64,000 nt of DNA from Candidatus Aminicenantes bacterium (GCA_014360005.1 JACIYI010000013.1:14494-78493); one strand, 5' to 3'; positions 49,199-58,792 are shown, counted from the first letter of the stretch. Notes: generated by a model not told the origin, from the sequence alone. Numbers and translations: made by a program.

Positions 49199-50806
49199 AT
49201 GAATGATGGTTCATATGACAGCGGGCCGGGAACCTTCCCGGTGCTGATTGGCGGCCGCTGGCAGCCGGCCAGGAGCCACCAGACCTTTCAGGCTTATAAC
49301 CCGGCTACCGGTCAGAAGCTGCCTGAATTCTATCCCGTTTCCGACTGGGAAGACCTGGAAAAAGCTCTGGCCGAAAGCCAGCGGGTGCAGCTGGAAGTGG
49401 CTGGAGCTCTGCCCGAAAAAATTGCCGGATTCCTAAATACCTACGCCGGCCTGCTGGAAAAGAACGAGGAAGCCATAACCACCATGGCCCATCTGGAGAC
49501 TGCCCTCCCCCTTAAATCCCGGCTCAGGAGCACCGAGTTCCCCAGAATGATAAATCAACTGCGGCAGGCCGCAACGGCGGTTGAAGAACGGAGCTGGTGC
49601 CAGGCTACCATCGATACCAGGCTTAACCTCAGGTCTAAGTATGGGCCCCTGGGCGGGACAGTGGTTATTTTCAGTCCTAATAATTTTCCGCTGGCTTTTA
49701 ACTCGGTAGCCGGAAGCGATTTGGCCAGCGCCGTGGCCGCCGGCAACCCGGTCATCTGCAAGGCTCATCCCGGCCATCCCGGAACCACCAGGCTGATGGC
49801 TGAAGCCCTGCTGGAAGCCCTGAGCCAATCAGGCCTGCCGCTCTCCACCGTTCAGCTTTTGTACCATTTCAGCAACGAGGATGGCTTCCGCCTGGTAAGT
49901 CACCCGGCGGTGGCCGCCGTGACTTTTACCGGTAGCCGGGCGGCTGGATTAAAACTGAAAGCGGCGGCCGAAGCGGCTGGCAAGCTGTTTTACGCCGAGC
50001 TCAGTAGCCTTAACCCGGTATTTTTTCTGCCGGGAATCCTCAGAGAAAAAGGCGAAGCAGTGGCCCCGGAACTTTTTTCATCCTGCTCGCTGGGTTGCGG
50101 CCAGTTCTGCACCAAGCCGGGGCTTATTGTCCTGGTTAACGATGAGGCTGGGAGGAAATTCCTCTGGAAACTGCAGCAAATATTCAACCAGCCCCTGTCC
50201 GGTTACCTGCTGTCCCCAACGGTGCTGGAAAACCTGAAAAAGGCTGTGGATAAACTGAAGGCAGCGGGAGCTACCCTGCTGGCCGGCGGAAATCAAATCC
50301 CCAACTGCGGCTTTCAATTTCAGACGACGCTTTTCGCCATCACCGGGGAACAATTTTTGAACGACCCGGAAACCTTCCAGCAGGAGGCTTTCGGCACCCT
50401 GGCGGTGGCCGTAGTGGCAGATGATGTAGAGCAGATGCTGACAATCGCCCGGAACCTTGAAGGCAACCTGACTGCTTCTATCTATTCCAGCAGTTCTGAA
50501 CAGGATGAAGAAATTTATCGCCGGCTGGAGCCAATTCTAAGGTTTAAGGCCGGCCGTCTTCTGAATGATAAAATGCCAACCGGGGTAGCGGTCTCACCGG
50601 CCATGCATCACGGAGGGCCGTTCCCGGCCACCGGACACCCCGGGTTCACTTCGGTTGGTATCCCGGCCGCTTTCCTGCGCTTTGCGGCCCGGCATTGCTA
50701 CGACAATGTGCGCGAAGATCGCCTGCCCCCGGAGCTGCGGGCTAAAAATCCGACTAGTCGTATGTGGCGTCTGGTCGACGGCGCCTGGACCCAGTCTGAC
50801 CTTTAA
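49199..50806 (+). CDS. NAD(P)-dependent aldehyde dehydrogenase, KGSADH/2,5-dioxovalerate dehydrogenase-like
   Basis: 'FSPNNFPLAF', 'FTGS...G', 'ELSSLNP', 'GQFCTKPG' (catalytic Cys) blocks. Confidence 0.8.
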   Translation: MNDGSYDSGPGTFPVLIGGRWQPARSHQTFQAYNPATGQKLPEFYPVSDWEDLEKALAESQRVQLEVAGALPEKIAGFLNTYAGLLEKNEEAITTMAHLETALPLKSRLRSTEFPRMINQLRQAATAVEERSWCQATIDTRLNLRSKYGPLGGTVVIFSPNNFPLAFNSVAGSDLASAVAAGNPVICKAHPGHPGTTRLMAEALLEALSQSGLPLSTVQLLYHFSNEDGFRLVSHPAVAAVTFTGSRAAGLKLKAAAEAAGKLFYAELSSLNPVFFLPGILREKGEAVAPELFSSCSLGCGQFCTKPGLIVLVNDEAGRKFLWKLQQIFNQPLSGYLLSPTVLENLKKAVDKLKAAGATLLAGGNQIPNCGFQFQTTLFAITGEQFLNDPETFQQEAFGTLAVAVVADDVEQMLTIARNLEGNLTASIYSSSSEQDEEIYRRLEPILRFKAGRLLNDKMPTGVAVSPAMHHGGPFPATGHPGFTSVGIPAAFLRFAARHCYDNVREDRLPPELRAKNPTSRMWRLVDGAWTQSDL

Positions 50807-51044
50807 TTGGGGTCGGACCATGCTATCTTATTTTTTTTAAAAAATAAATCTATTTCTATGTCCTAAACACTACCTTAAATGAGATTTTCCGGTATCAAAA
50901 AACGTCCCTTAAACCAGGGTTCCACATGGCCAGAGCACACAGACCTTATTTTCCGGGCTGCATCTGGCATATCCTCAGCCCGGCCATGAGAGGTAATTCT
51001 GGCTCAAGTTTAGTTATTATCGCCAGATTTAGTTGGTCTGGTAA

Positions 51045-51326
51045 TTAACGATACAGGCAAAGATAGGAGGTGTCGGCCGGGATTTTCAGCTGGAATTTCT
51101 GTTGGGCAGGCACCTCGAAGGTCTGGCCGGCCTTAAATTCTTTCCAGTCGGGGCTTCCCGGAAGTTTGACCACCATCCGGCCTGTAATCACCGTCATTAT
51201 TTCCTTGGTTGAAGTGCCGAATTCATATTCGCCGGCCGCCATCACTCCGATAGTAGCCGGGCCGCTATCGGAGTTAAAGGCAATGGACTTAACCTTGCCC
51301 TCAAAATATTCATTTACTTTGAACAT
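51045..51326 (-). CDS. ppnP: pyrimidine/purine nucleoside phosphorylase (DUF1255)
   Basis: 93 aa; 'NEYF.GKVKSI.F', 'GVM..GEY.F.T...E.MTV..G', 'TSYLC.Y' as in E. coli PpnP/YaiE. Confidence 0.85.
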   Translation of the reverse strand: MFKVNEYFEGKVKSIAFNSDSGPATIGVMAAGEYEFGTSTKEIMTVITGRMVVKLPGSPDWKEFKAGQTFEVPAQQKFQLKIPADTSYLCLYR

Positions 51327-52008
51327 CCTTAACCTCCTGAGTATTACTATATTGTCGTCCTCTTCTGTATAAGAGTTCGATGACCAAATTAGCCTGCAGG
51401 TTGGCTACAATGCCGACCCGGGGGGCCATGGGGCTCACTCTATCGGTCGGCTCGCTTTCTTCATCCCCGCAGAGGTAAAGCCGACCCATTTTCCTGGTCC
51501 TGATCTTGTTATTTTTGCCAAAACCCGATAACCCGGAAGCGGCCACTATCGGGCGGTCCGGAAATAAACTCAACCAGGTGTTGATGAGCATGCTCTTTTC
51601 CGTGGCCAGGTCGAAAGCTTCGACCAGAATCTGGGCTTCTCCGAACAGCTGCGGAATATTGCGGGGAGTAATCCGGGTGTGATGGATTTGGTACTCAGAA
51701 AAAGGGTTCATCCTTTTCAGGTTTTCCAGCAGGGCTTCGACCTTGGGCCGGCCAATCTGGTCTATGAAATACTGTTGCCGGTTGAGGTTGGATGGATAAA
51801 CCCGGTCATGGTCAGCGATGATCAACTTGCCCACCCCAACCCTGGCCAGGGCCACAGCCACGTTGGAACCCAGGCCGCCAGCCCCGGCGATTCCCACTAC
51901 CGCCCTTCTCAGGACCGGCAGCAGCTCCGGGTCATGCCGAGAGAAAAATTCTTTCTTGATTTCTTCCAGGCTCATTTTCCTGGAATTCTCAGTTTTACTT
52001 TTCTTCAT
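51310..52008 (-). CDS. ThiF/MoeB-family E1-like adenylyltransferase (short form)
   Basis: '[40 protein letters not shown]' nucleotide-binding fold; no CxxC pairs or rhodanese domain. Confidence 0.75.
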   Translation of the reverse strand: MKKSKTENSRKMSLEEIKKEFFSRHDPELLPVLRRAVVGIAGAGGLGSNVAVALARVGVGKLIIADHDRVYPSNLNRQQYFIDQIGRPKVEALLENLKRMNPFSEYQIHHTRITPRNIPQLFGEAQILVEAFDLATEKSMLINTWLSLFPDRPIVAASGLSGFGKNNKIRTRKMGRLYLCGDEESEPTDRVSPMAPRVGIVANLQANLVIELLYRRGRQYSNTQEVKDVQSK

Positions 52009-52657
52009 ATCTTCTCCCTTTCCTGACCTTGAGGCTGATTTCGGACGGCTCTTCCGATACTCCTTTCAAAGCCCTGACCATGCCCCTGATAGTCTCAGCA
52101 AAAAGGCCCTGGACAAAGGGATTGAGGGGAATAACTTTCCCATCCACTTTAACCTTAACCACCGGTTCCAGGGGTTCCAGAACAGTCAGAAGGAAATCGG
52201 ACAGTTTGGCTACTTCAGTGGCCAGGAAAAATGGGTAGGGTGAATCAAAGGGCTCATCTGAAACTATGGCTATCAATTCTTCCGGCGGGCTGATCAGGTT
52301 ATGGTCATCGGCATTCTGAACCCTGAGAATTTTCTTGAAGGCGCTTTCCCTCTTTCCTCCTTCTACCAGCAGCAGGTCGACCTCTGAGAATTTATCTAGG
52401 GCTACGTCCAGCAGGGTCTCGGAAACCGTTTTCCTTTTTATCAGAAATAACCGGTCCTCGGTCAGCACCGCAGCCGACCGGGCTCCGGCCTCGATGAACC
52501 GCCAGGAATCCTTGCCTTCGCTGTCCAGTTCTATCTGGTGGCTGGCTTTTTTCAGAACACCGCATTTCAGGCCGCGTTTATTGAATTCTTCAATCAGGGC
52601 GGTTATCAGAGTTGTCTTGCCCATGTCAGAGGCACCGATTATGGCTGCGGCTCTCAT
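51995..52657 (-). CDS. mobB: molybdopterin-guanine dinucleotide biosynthesis adapter protein MobB with C-terminal extension
   Basis: Walker A 'GASDMGKTT', 'KK.SH' block; start moved to ATG 52657, giving an ATGA overlap with the mogA stop. Confidence 0.75.
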   Translation of the reverse strand: MRAAAIIGASDMGKTTLITALIEEFNKRGLKCGVLKKASHQIELDSEGKDSWRFIEAGARSAAVLTEDRLFLIKRKTVSETLLDVALDKFSEVDLLLVEGGKRESAFKKILRVQNADDHNLISPPEELIAIVSDEPFDSPYPFFLATEVAKLSDFLLTVLEPLEPVVKVKVDGKVIPLNPFVQGLFAETIRGMVRALKGVSEEPSEISLKVRKGRRYEEK

Positions 52658-53214
52658 GGCTTTTGCTCCCCCTTGTGGCGATGATGATGATAGGCCGACT
52701 GCCGGCAATCTGAAATTTTTCCCCTGATGACCTCGACCGCATGGCCCAGGACCGGCAGAACCACTTCCAGGTTCTCCCTGGCCCCGACGACGCTCCCGGG
52801 AAGGTTGATAATCAGGGTCCGGTTCCTCAGGCCACAGACCGCCCGGCTGAGCATGGCCAGCGGTGTTTTTTTCAGGCTTTCAGCCCGCATAGCCTCGGCC
52901 AGGCCCGGAACCTCTTTTTCTATCACTTCCCTGGTGGCCTCGGGCGTTACGTCTCTTGTGGCCAGCCCGGTTCCGCCAGTGGTCAGGATGATTTCGGCAG
53001 CTTCTGCTCCCTGGGACAATTCTATCAATTTCTGTTTGATGATTTCCTTCTCATCAGGCACTATCGTCATTGACAGCACCCGGCCGCCTTTGGCCTCTAC
53101 CAACCTCTTCAGCTCCGGGCCACTCAGGTCTTCCCTTTTTCCCTGGGCTGACCGGTCGGAGACAGTGATGATAGCCAGGGTTAAGCCTTCAAGTTCAGCC
53201 TTTTGTTCTGACAT
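52654..53214 (-). CDS. mogA: molybdopterin adenylyltransferase (MogA/MoaB family)
   Basis: 'AIITVSDR', 'ILTTGGTG...RDVTPEAT', 'PG.P.....' MoCF_biosynth motifs. Confidence 0.8.
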   Translation of the reverse strand: MSEQKAELEGLTLAIITVSDRSAQGKREDLSGPELKRLVEAKGGRVLSMTIVPDEKEIIKQKLIELSQGAEAAEIILTTGGTGLATRDVTPEATREVIEKEVPGLAEAMRAESLKKTPLAMLSRAVCGLRNRTLIINLPGSVVGARENLEVVLPVLGHAVEVIRGKISDCRQSAYHHHRHKGEQKP

Positions 53215-53647
53215 GGATTTTATCTCCTGCTTTTATTTTACCGCCTTTGAGCACCCGGGCAAAAATGCCTTCTTCTGGCATAACGCATTGCCCGACCTGG
53301 CGGAAAATGGCGCATTTGGTATGGCAGGTTTTGCCAATCTGGGAGACCTCGAGCACCACACCCTCACCCACTTCCAGAACGGTCCCAATCGGCAAGGTTA
53401 CCAGGTCCAGATTGGCAGTGGTAATGTTTTCGGCAAAATCTCCGGGGCCGACCTCAAGCCCCATTTTCCTCATCTTGTCAATACTTTCTAGGGCCAGCAA
53501 ACTTACCTGCCTGATTCCCGGGGCGGCGTGGGCATCGCCTTTCAGGCCGTATTCTTCGATCAGAACGGCCTCCGGAACCGGTTTTTTTCGGACACTCTTG
53601 GTTCGACTGAGGTTGACTGAGATCACCGTGCCTTCTTCTCTTTTCAT
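53195..53647 (-). CDS. MOSC-domain protein
   Basis: 'VISVNLS..K...K.PV', 'GL.GDAHA', 'RQVSLL', 'G.F.ENITT..LDL' pattern; start uncertain (ATG 53647 chosen; the ORF track begins at GTG 53752). Confidence 0.7.
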   Translation of the reverse strand: MKREEGTVISVNLSRTKSVRKKPVPEAVLIEEYGLKGDAHAAPGIRQVSLLALESIDKMRKMGLEVGPGDFAENITTANLDLVTLPIGTVLEVGEGVVLEVSQIGKTCHTKCAIFRQVGQCVMPEEGIFARVLKGGKIKAGDKIHVRTKG

Positions 53648-53837
53648 ATCAGGCCCCATATCAAGCATCCTTTCTTGTTCATATTTTTTCTGGCTGATTC
53701 GTAAACTATCCATTCTTTCTTCATTACCTTTTCCAGGCTCATTTTTTGCCACTTTCCTATTTGGCTTTTGCTACCCATTCTCACTTTCCAATCTTCTTTT
53801 TTCTTTGACCTCTTTTTCTCTCCTATTTCCACTGATC

Positions 53838-53876
53838 AAAACGAAAAACGACTGGAAGTTCTGTACTGATTCCAGC
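53838..53876 (-). terminator. terminator-like hairpin just after moaC
   Basis: Minus strand CTGGAA-N12-TTCCAG followed by UCGUUUUUCGUUUU, starting 7 nt after the moaC stop. Confidence 0.45.
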
Positions 53877-53882
53877 CGGCTA

Positions 53883-54437
53883 TTACCACCTGAAATCTCC
53901 ACTCTTTCCCCCGCTCTTGGAAAGAAGATGAATATCCCCGATAACCATCCTCTTATCGAAAGCCTTACACATATCATAAACCGTCAGGCAGGCTACAGCC
54001 ACCGCGGTCAGGGCTTCCATTTCCACCCCGGTTCGGTCCACGGCCCGGACCAGGCTTTTAACTTTTAACAGCTTTTTCGACCTGACCGGCACCACTTCTA
54101 CCTCAACCGAACTGAGCCTAAGTGGATGGCAGAGCGGCATGAGTTCCCAAGTCTTCTTGGCTGCCAGAATTCCCGCCAGGCGAGCTGCGGCCAGCACATC
54201 TCCCTTGGGCAGGCGGTTTTCCAGAATCATTTTCAGGACCGAGGCTGACAGCCTGACTTCCCCTCTGGCCTCAGCTGTCCGCAAGGTTTCTGCTTTGTCG
54301 GCCACATCCACCATCCTGATGGTCCTGGCTTTCTTGACCTGGCTTCGGGTTTTTCTGTCCATAGACCGGCTGCCAGTCTTTCTGTTCCTGGCTGCTTCCC
54401 GATTCAGTTTCTTGTCTTTTTTCATTTTTATCCTCAT
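53883..54437 (-). CDS. moaC: cyclic pyranopterin monophosphate synthase
   Basis: 'MVDV..K..T.R.A.A.G.V', 'KGDVL..A..AGI.AAK.T..L.PLCH', 'TGVEMEALTA' motifs; basic N-terminal extension, so the true start may be the Met at 54362. Confidence 0.85.
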   Translation of the reverse strand: MRIKMKKDKKLNREAARNRKTGSRSMDRKTRSQVKKARTIRMVDVADKAETLRTAEARGEVRLSASVLKMILENRLPKGDVLAAARLAGILAAKKTWELMPLCHPLRLSSVEVEVVPVRSKKLLKVKSLVRAVDRTGVEMEALTAVAVACLTVYDMCKAFDKRMVIGDIHLLSKSGGKSGDFRW

Positions 54438-54565
54438 CTTATCTTAAATTTCCACCCGCTGTCGGCACATCGCTGGCCCTGGTAAAAATAACCGTATTGA
54501 TAGCCTCTCCATGAGCATTCTTTAATAAACAAGATATCAGCTTTATTAAATTAGCCCTCAACCGC

Positions 54566-55531
54566 TTAGCCTCCGATGCTTCTCAAACCGTTTCTCCGGC
54601 CGGTACCCCGGGATTCCTGCCAGCTTCCGGGTTTCTCGGCCAGGGCTGCCCGGATGACTTCCAGGATTTCTTCATCCAATGCTCCGTGGCGAAGAAGAGT
54701 CCGCAGGTCATAAGTCTTTTCTGAAAAGAGGCAGGTCCGGAGGCGGCCATCAGCCGCCAGCCTCAAGCGGTTGCAGGAGCCGCAAAAATGGTGGCTGTAG
54801 GGAGCGATGAAACCGAAGCTGCCTTTCATTCCGGCTAGCCGGAAATGGCTGCGGGCCGGGCCGGCCGCCTGAACTTCAACCGGTTCCAGTCGATATTTCA
54901 GCTTGATTTTCTCCAGGATTTCCGGAACCGACACGAAATAGCCCTCCACCGGTGAAAAATCCATCAACTCAATAAAGCGGATGTGAACCGGAAGCTCAAA
55001 GGCCAGAGCGATGAATTTTTCCACCTCTTCCCGGTCATTGAGGCCCCTGAGCAGAACGGTGTTGATTTTAACCGGGCTAAAACCGGCCGCCAGGGCCTGT
55101 TTCAGTCCGTCCATAACCTGTTCCAGCCCGTCAACTCCGGTTATCTTCCTGAATCTTTCAGGGTCGAGTGAATCGAGCGAAATATTAAGCCGTCTCAGTC
55201 CGGCCGCCTTTAGCCCTTCTAGGCTCTCTCTGAGCAGCAGCCCGTTGGTGGTCAGGGCCACATCGCTAACACCCGGAAGACTGGTTATCCTGGCTATCAG
55301 GGACTCCAGGCCTTTCCTGACCAGGGGTTCTCCCCCGGTCAGGCGGAAACGGTCAATCCCCAGCCGGAGGGCCAGCTTAACCAGCCTCATAATTTCTTCA
55401 TAGGTTAGAATTTCCTGATGAGGTATGAAAGTAAAATCCTGCAACCCTCGGCAGTAAAAACAGCGCAGATTGCAGCGGTCGGTAACTGAAATCCTCATGT
55501 AGTTTATCTGGCGCTCTAACCTGTCTTTCAT
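54566..55531 (-). CDS. moaA: GTP 3',8-cyclase (radical SAM)
   Basis: 'ISVTDRCNLRCFYC' radical-SAM cluster, 'LTGGEPL', C-terminal 'C.SCNR.RL...G.L..CL' and terminal GG. Confidence 0.9.
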   Translation of the reverse strand: MKDRLERQINYMRISVTDRCNLRCFYCRGLQDFTFIPHQEILTYEEIMRLVKLALRLGIDRFRLTGGEPLVRKGLESLIARITSLPGVSDVALTTNGLLLRESLEGLKAAGLRRLNISLDSLDPERFRKITGVDGLEQVMDGLKQALAAGFSPVKINTVLLRGLNDREEVEKFIALAFELPVHIRFIELMDFSPVEGYFVSVPEILEKIKLKYRLEPVEVQAAGPARSHFRLAGMKGSFGFIAPYSHHFCGSCNRLRLAADGRLRTCLFSEKTYDLRTLLRHGALDEEILEVIRAALAEKPGSWQESRGTGRRNGLRSIGG

Positions 55532-55550
55532 TTAATCCTGCTCTTCCCTG

Positions 55551-55574
55551 ATATATGAATATCTATTCATATAT
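55551..55574. promoter_or_regulatory. perfect 11-bp inverted repeat (operator candidate) upstream of moaA
   Basis: ATATATGAATA-tc-TATTCATATAT, 19 nt upstream of the moaA start codon. Confidence 0.45.
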
Positions 55575-55810
55575 TGAGGCCATAAAATACCCCCGGAACA
55601 AATCCTGGGCTGTACTATGAATTTGTTTTCTGAATATCTTTTTATCTTTTCCATCTTTATCCTGAAACGTTTAAAGCTATGTTTCGTTCACGTTGGCAAT
55701 AACTTCTGCGGTAGTAAGTTCTTATACTTTCCCAGCCCGAAAACTGACTGCCACGCTCATTGCCGCTATTCATTCATCCGCCTTTCAGCTACTTATCATT
55801 TCACCCTTAG

Positions 55811-57028
55811 CTACCAATCCAGTAGATGCACCTTGACCCTGGTGCCTTCAGGCATTAAATCCGCTTCAGCCGGAATGAGGGCCAGGCCATCGGTCTGAGC
55901 CAGGCTGGAAATAATGCCTGATTCCTGCTGGCCGAGGGGGGTAGCCTGCCAGACATTTCCCGTTTGACTCAACCTGACCCGGACGAAGTTCAGCCGGCCT
56001 CTTTTTTTCTTATAGGGTGCAGTAAGCTCAGCTTCCACTTCTCGAGGCCAGAAATCCTTTAAGCCAGAGCATTTCTTGATAAAAGGCCACACGTATTCTA
56101 CAAAAGATATCATTATCGCCCCCGGATTGCCGGGCAAGCCAAAAATCCAGGTTGATTTTCTCCCTTTCTTCAACTCATAAAAGGCCAACGGCTTGGCCGG
56201 TTTCTGGGCCACTTTCCAGAAAACTTCCCGCGCCCCAGTCCTCCAGGCTGCCGTTTTGACCAGGTCATAATCGCCGACCGATACGCCACCTGAAGTAATG
56301 ATAATATCAGCCCGCCTGGCAGCTGACTTCAAAGCGGCCACCAACGACTTGAGTTCATCCCTTACCCACTTTAGGCCCAGCAGCTCAGCCCCGCTGGTTT
56401 TAATCAGAGCCTGGAGAATGGTGGAGTTGGAATCGTAAATTTTTCCCGGCTTGAGCCTTTCACCGGGCCGGCAGAGCTCGTTTCCGGTTATCAACACAAC
56501 CACCCGGGGTTTCCGATAAACCATAATTTTATTAAACCCACAAGCCGCTAGAAGACCAAGGTGGGGCGGCTTGAGCACCATCCCTTTTTTAATTGTTACC
56601 GTTCCCTTAGCCACATCTTCACCCGCGGCCCTGACATTCTCGCCCCGTCGAAACTGTCTTTTTAGGATGACAAAGTCGTCATCCTCTTCAGTTTCTTCCA
56701 GCGGTATTACCGCATCGGCTCCAGCGGGAACCGGCGCCCCGGTCATAACTTTGACAGCCTGGCCGCGGCCGAGTTTTTTTCTGTAATAATCACCAGCCGG
56801 CTGTTCGGCCAGAAGCTTCAACCTGGTCAGCCGGCCCTCGCCCACCGTATCTTCGCTTCTTACAGCATAGCCATCCACGGCCGAATTTCTGAAGGGCGGC
56901 ACGGAGATTTTTGACCGCACTTCTTCTGCCGCTACCGAGCCCAGGGCTTCCAGCAGCTTGACCTTTTCTTTTCCCAGGACCTGAGCCTTTTCCATGACCA
57001 GGTTGCGGGCCTTTTCATATGGAATCAT
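55811..57028 (-). CDS. moeA: molybdopterin molybdotransferase
   Basis: 405 aa; 'S..D.P.F..SA.DGYAV', 'TGAP.P.GADAV', 'D.I.TSGGVSVGDYD', 'LPGNP' motifs. Confidence 0.85.
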   Translation of the reverse strand: MIPYEKARNLVMEKAQVLGKEKVKLLEALGSVAAEEVRSKISVPPFRNSAVDGYAVRSEDTVGEGRLTRLKLLAEQPAGDYYRKKLGRGQAVKVMTGAPVPAGADAVIPLEETEEDDDFVILKRQFRRGENVRAAGEDVAKGTVTIKKGMVLKPPHLGLLAACGFNKIMVYRKPRVVVLITGNELCRPGERLKPGKIYDSNSTILQALIKTSGAELLGLKWVRDELKSLVAALKSAARRADIIITSGGVSVGDYDLVKTAAWRTGAREVFWKVAQKPAKPLAFYELKKGRKSTWIFGLPGNPGAIMISFVEYVWPFIKKCSGLKDFWPREVEAELTAPYKKKRGRLNFVRVRLSQTGNVWQATPLGQQESGIISSLAQTDGLALIPAEADLMPEGTRVKVHLLDW

Positions 57029-57032
57029 GCTC

Positions 57033-58139
57033 TCACTCCCTTTCGCTGATTTGTTCTTCCAGGCTTCCGGGCCAGGTGCTTAAAGCCGAAGCTTTTATAC
57101 CGGCCCAGATTTTCTTTCCCGGCTGGAGCCCGAGTTCATCGGCCGAAGCCCGGGAAACAAAAGCTTTCAGGCTGAATCCGCAATCCAGACTCACCAGAAT
57201 CATCCGGTCGAGCGGCCGAAGCTCTTGGACCTCAGCCAGGAACCAGTTCCTGACACTGGTGGCCGGTTGCTGTCCGGCCAGAATTACTTCTTCCGGTCTG
57301 AAAGTCAGAACCACCTTTTCGCCCGGCAGGTGCTGGCCAGAAGCAAATATCTTCTGTCCGTGGGCTGCTATTTCCAGCAGCCCATTTTCCGAACTCACCA
57401 CCCGACCCTCCACCAGGGCTTCGTGCCCCATGAGCCCGGAGACTTCAGCGGTGGCCGGCCGGGCAGAGATTTCTTCTGGAGTTCCCGTCTGAACAATCCG
57501 ACCGTTGAGCATGACCGCCAGCCTTTCCCCGAGGTAAGCAGCTTCCTGGCGCAGGTGGGTTACCAGGATGGTGGTTAAGCCGGTTGACTTTCTAAGGCGG
57601 TAAAAATCAGCCATCAGCCGGTCCCGGTACTGAACATCAAGCCCGTTAAACGGTTCATCCAGTAGCAGGAATTCCGGTTCAAGGATAAAGGCCCGGGCCA
57701 AATGCACCTGCTGCCTTTCGCCTCCGGACAGTTCTTCTGGACGGCGATGGAGCAATGACTCAATCTGAAAAACAGCCGCTATTTTCTTTAGCCGGTTCTC
57801 CTGTTCCTTCTGGTCAAGCTTTCTAAATTTAAGGCCGGCCAGAAGATTATCGCCCACTGTCCCCCGGAAAAAGACGGGTTTCTGCAGCAAATAGACAATC
57901 TTTTTCCTCATCTCCTGACGGCTCTTCATTTCAACTTTCTGGCCCCGGTAATAAACCTCTCCTGAATCTGCCGGTTGCAGGAATGAAATCAATCGCAGAA
58001 AAGTGCTTTTACCGGCGCCGTTGGGCCCAAAAAGAACCAGGCATTCTCCCTGTCTCAAATCAAGGTACGGCACATCGACAATAAGCCGGCTGCCACTCGA
58101 GAACTTAAGGTTCTTTACTTCCAGCGCGGGCCTTTCCAC
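57033..58139 (-). CDS. tupC: ABC transporter ATP-binding protein (tungstate/molybdate type) with C-terminal TOBE-like region
   Basis: Walker A 'GPNGAGKST', 'LSGGERQQV', 'LLLDEPF'; ~130-aa C-terminal OB/TOBE-like tail. Confidence 0.7.
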   Translation of the reverse strand: MERPALEVKNLKFSSGSRLIVDVPYLDLRQGECLVLFGPNGAGKSTFLRLISFLQPADSGEVYYRGQKVEMKSRQEMRKKIVYLLQKPVFFRGTVGDNLLAGLKFRKLDQKEQENRLKKIAAVFQIESLLHRRPEELSGGERQQVHLARAFILEPEFLLLDEPFNGLDVQYRDRLMADFYRLRKSTGLTTILVTHLRQEAAYLGERLAVMLNGRIVQTGTPEEISARPATAEVSGLMGHEALVEGRVVSSENGLLEIAAHGQKIFASGQHLPGEKVVLTFRPEEVILAGQQPATSVRNWFLAEVQELRPLDRMILVSLDCGFSLKAFVSRASADELGLQPGKKIWAGIKASALSTWPGSLEEQISERE

Positions 58140-58786
58140 CGGTTAACTCCTTTCTGTTGCAGAGAAGTCAAGAACCAGTTGACCGCAAAACTCAGGCTCA
58201 AAAGGATGAGCCCTAAATAAATGGCTGAGCGGAAATTCCCCATCCTGGTTTCTTGAACAATAGCCGTCGTCAGAACTCGGGTGTAGCCTTTGAGATTTCC
58301 GCCGACCATCATCACCGCTCCCACCTCAGAAATAACTCCGCCAAAAGCCGCGATAATGGCCGCTAACTGCCCCATTCTGGATTCTTTGAGTAGCACCACA
58401 ATCATCTGTCTGCTGCTGGCGCCAAGGGCCCTGGCCTGCAGCAGGACTTCGGAGTCAACCTGTTCCAGAGCAGCTAAGGACAGGCCAATAACCAGAGGCA
58501 GAGCAATTATGAACTGGGCCAGGACCATGGCCGCCGGAGTGTACATCAGCTGCAGGAAGCCCAGCGGTCCGGTTCTCCAGAAAAGAATGGCCAGCAACAG
58601 GCCGACCACTACCGGCGGAAGTCCCATCCCGGTGTTGACTAGAGCCGCGATTAACCTCTTGCCCGGAAATGGCTTGAGGTAAAGCCAGACGGCTACCGGC
58701 AAACCGACGATCATGGCCATGGCAGCGGCCGTACCAGAAACAGCCAGGCTGAGCCAGGTTATCTCCAGAATTTCTTTTAGGGGCAT
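58115..58786 (-). CDS. tupB: ABC transporter permease (tungstate type)
   Basis: 223 aa, 5-6 TM, EAA-like loop 'EQVDSEVLLQARALGAS'. Confidence 0.7.
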   Translation of the reverse strand: MPLKEILEITWLSLAVSGTAAAMAMIVGLPVAVWLYLKPFPGKRLIAALVNTGMGLPPVVVGLLLAILFWRTGPLGFLQLMYTPAAMVLAQFIIALPLVIGLSLAALEQVDSEVLLQARALGASSRQMIVVLLKESRMGQLAAIIAAFGGVISEVGAVMMVGGNLKGYTRVLTTAIVQETRMGNFRSAIYLGLILLSLSFAVNWFLTSLQQKGVNRWKGPRWK

Positions 58787-58792
58787 TTTCGA

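Noticed and set aside
51995-52708. A 55-nt overlap between the mobB and mogA ORFs suggesting a frameshift or fusion
   Set aside because: This is resolved by using the internal ATG at 52657 (MRAAAIIGASDMGKTT…), which gives a normal ATGA stop/start overlap. No frameshift is needed.
55532-55810. A possible second Moco riboswitch upstream of moaA
   Set aside because: I read both strands for the CCGAGCC / GCCUCCC / GGAAAGG blocks and found none. The gap is AT-rich and holds the palindrome reported separately instead.
55617-55898. 93-aa plus-strand ORF in the moeA-moaA gap
   Set aside because: No SD and a Cys/Phe/Ser-rich nonsense-like sequence. It overlaps the 3' end of moeA and lies in AT-rich promoter DNA, so it was treated as non-coding.
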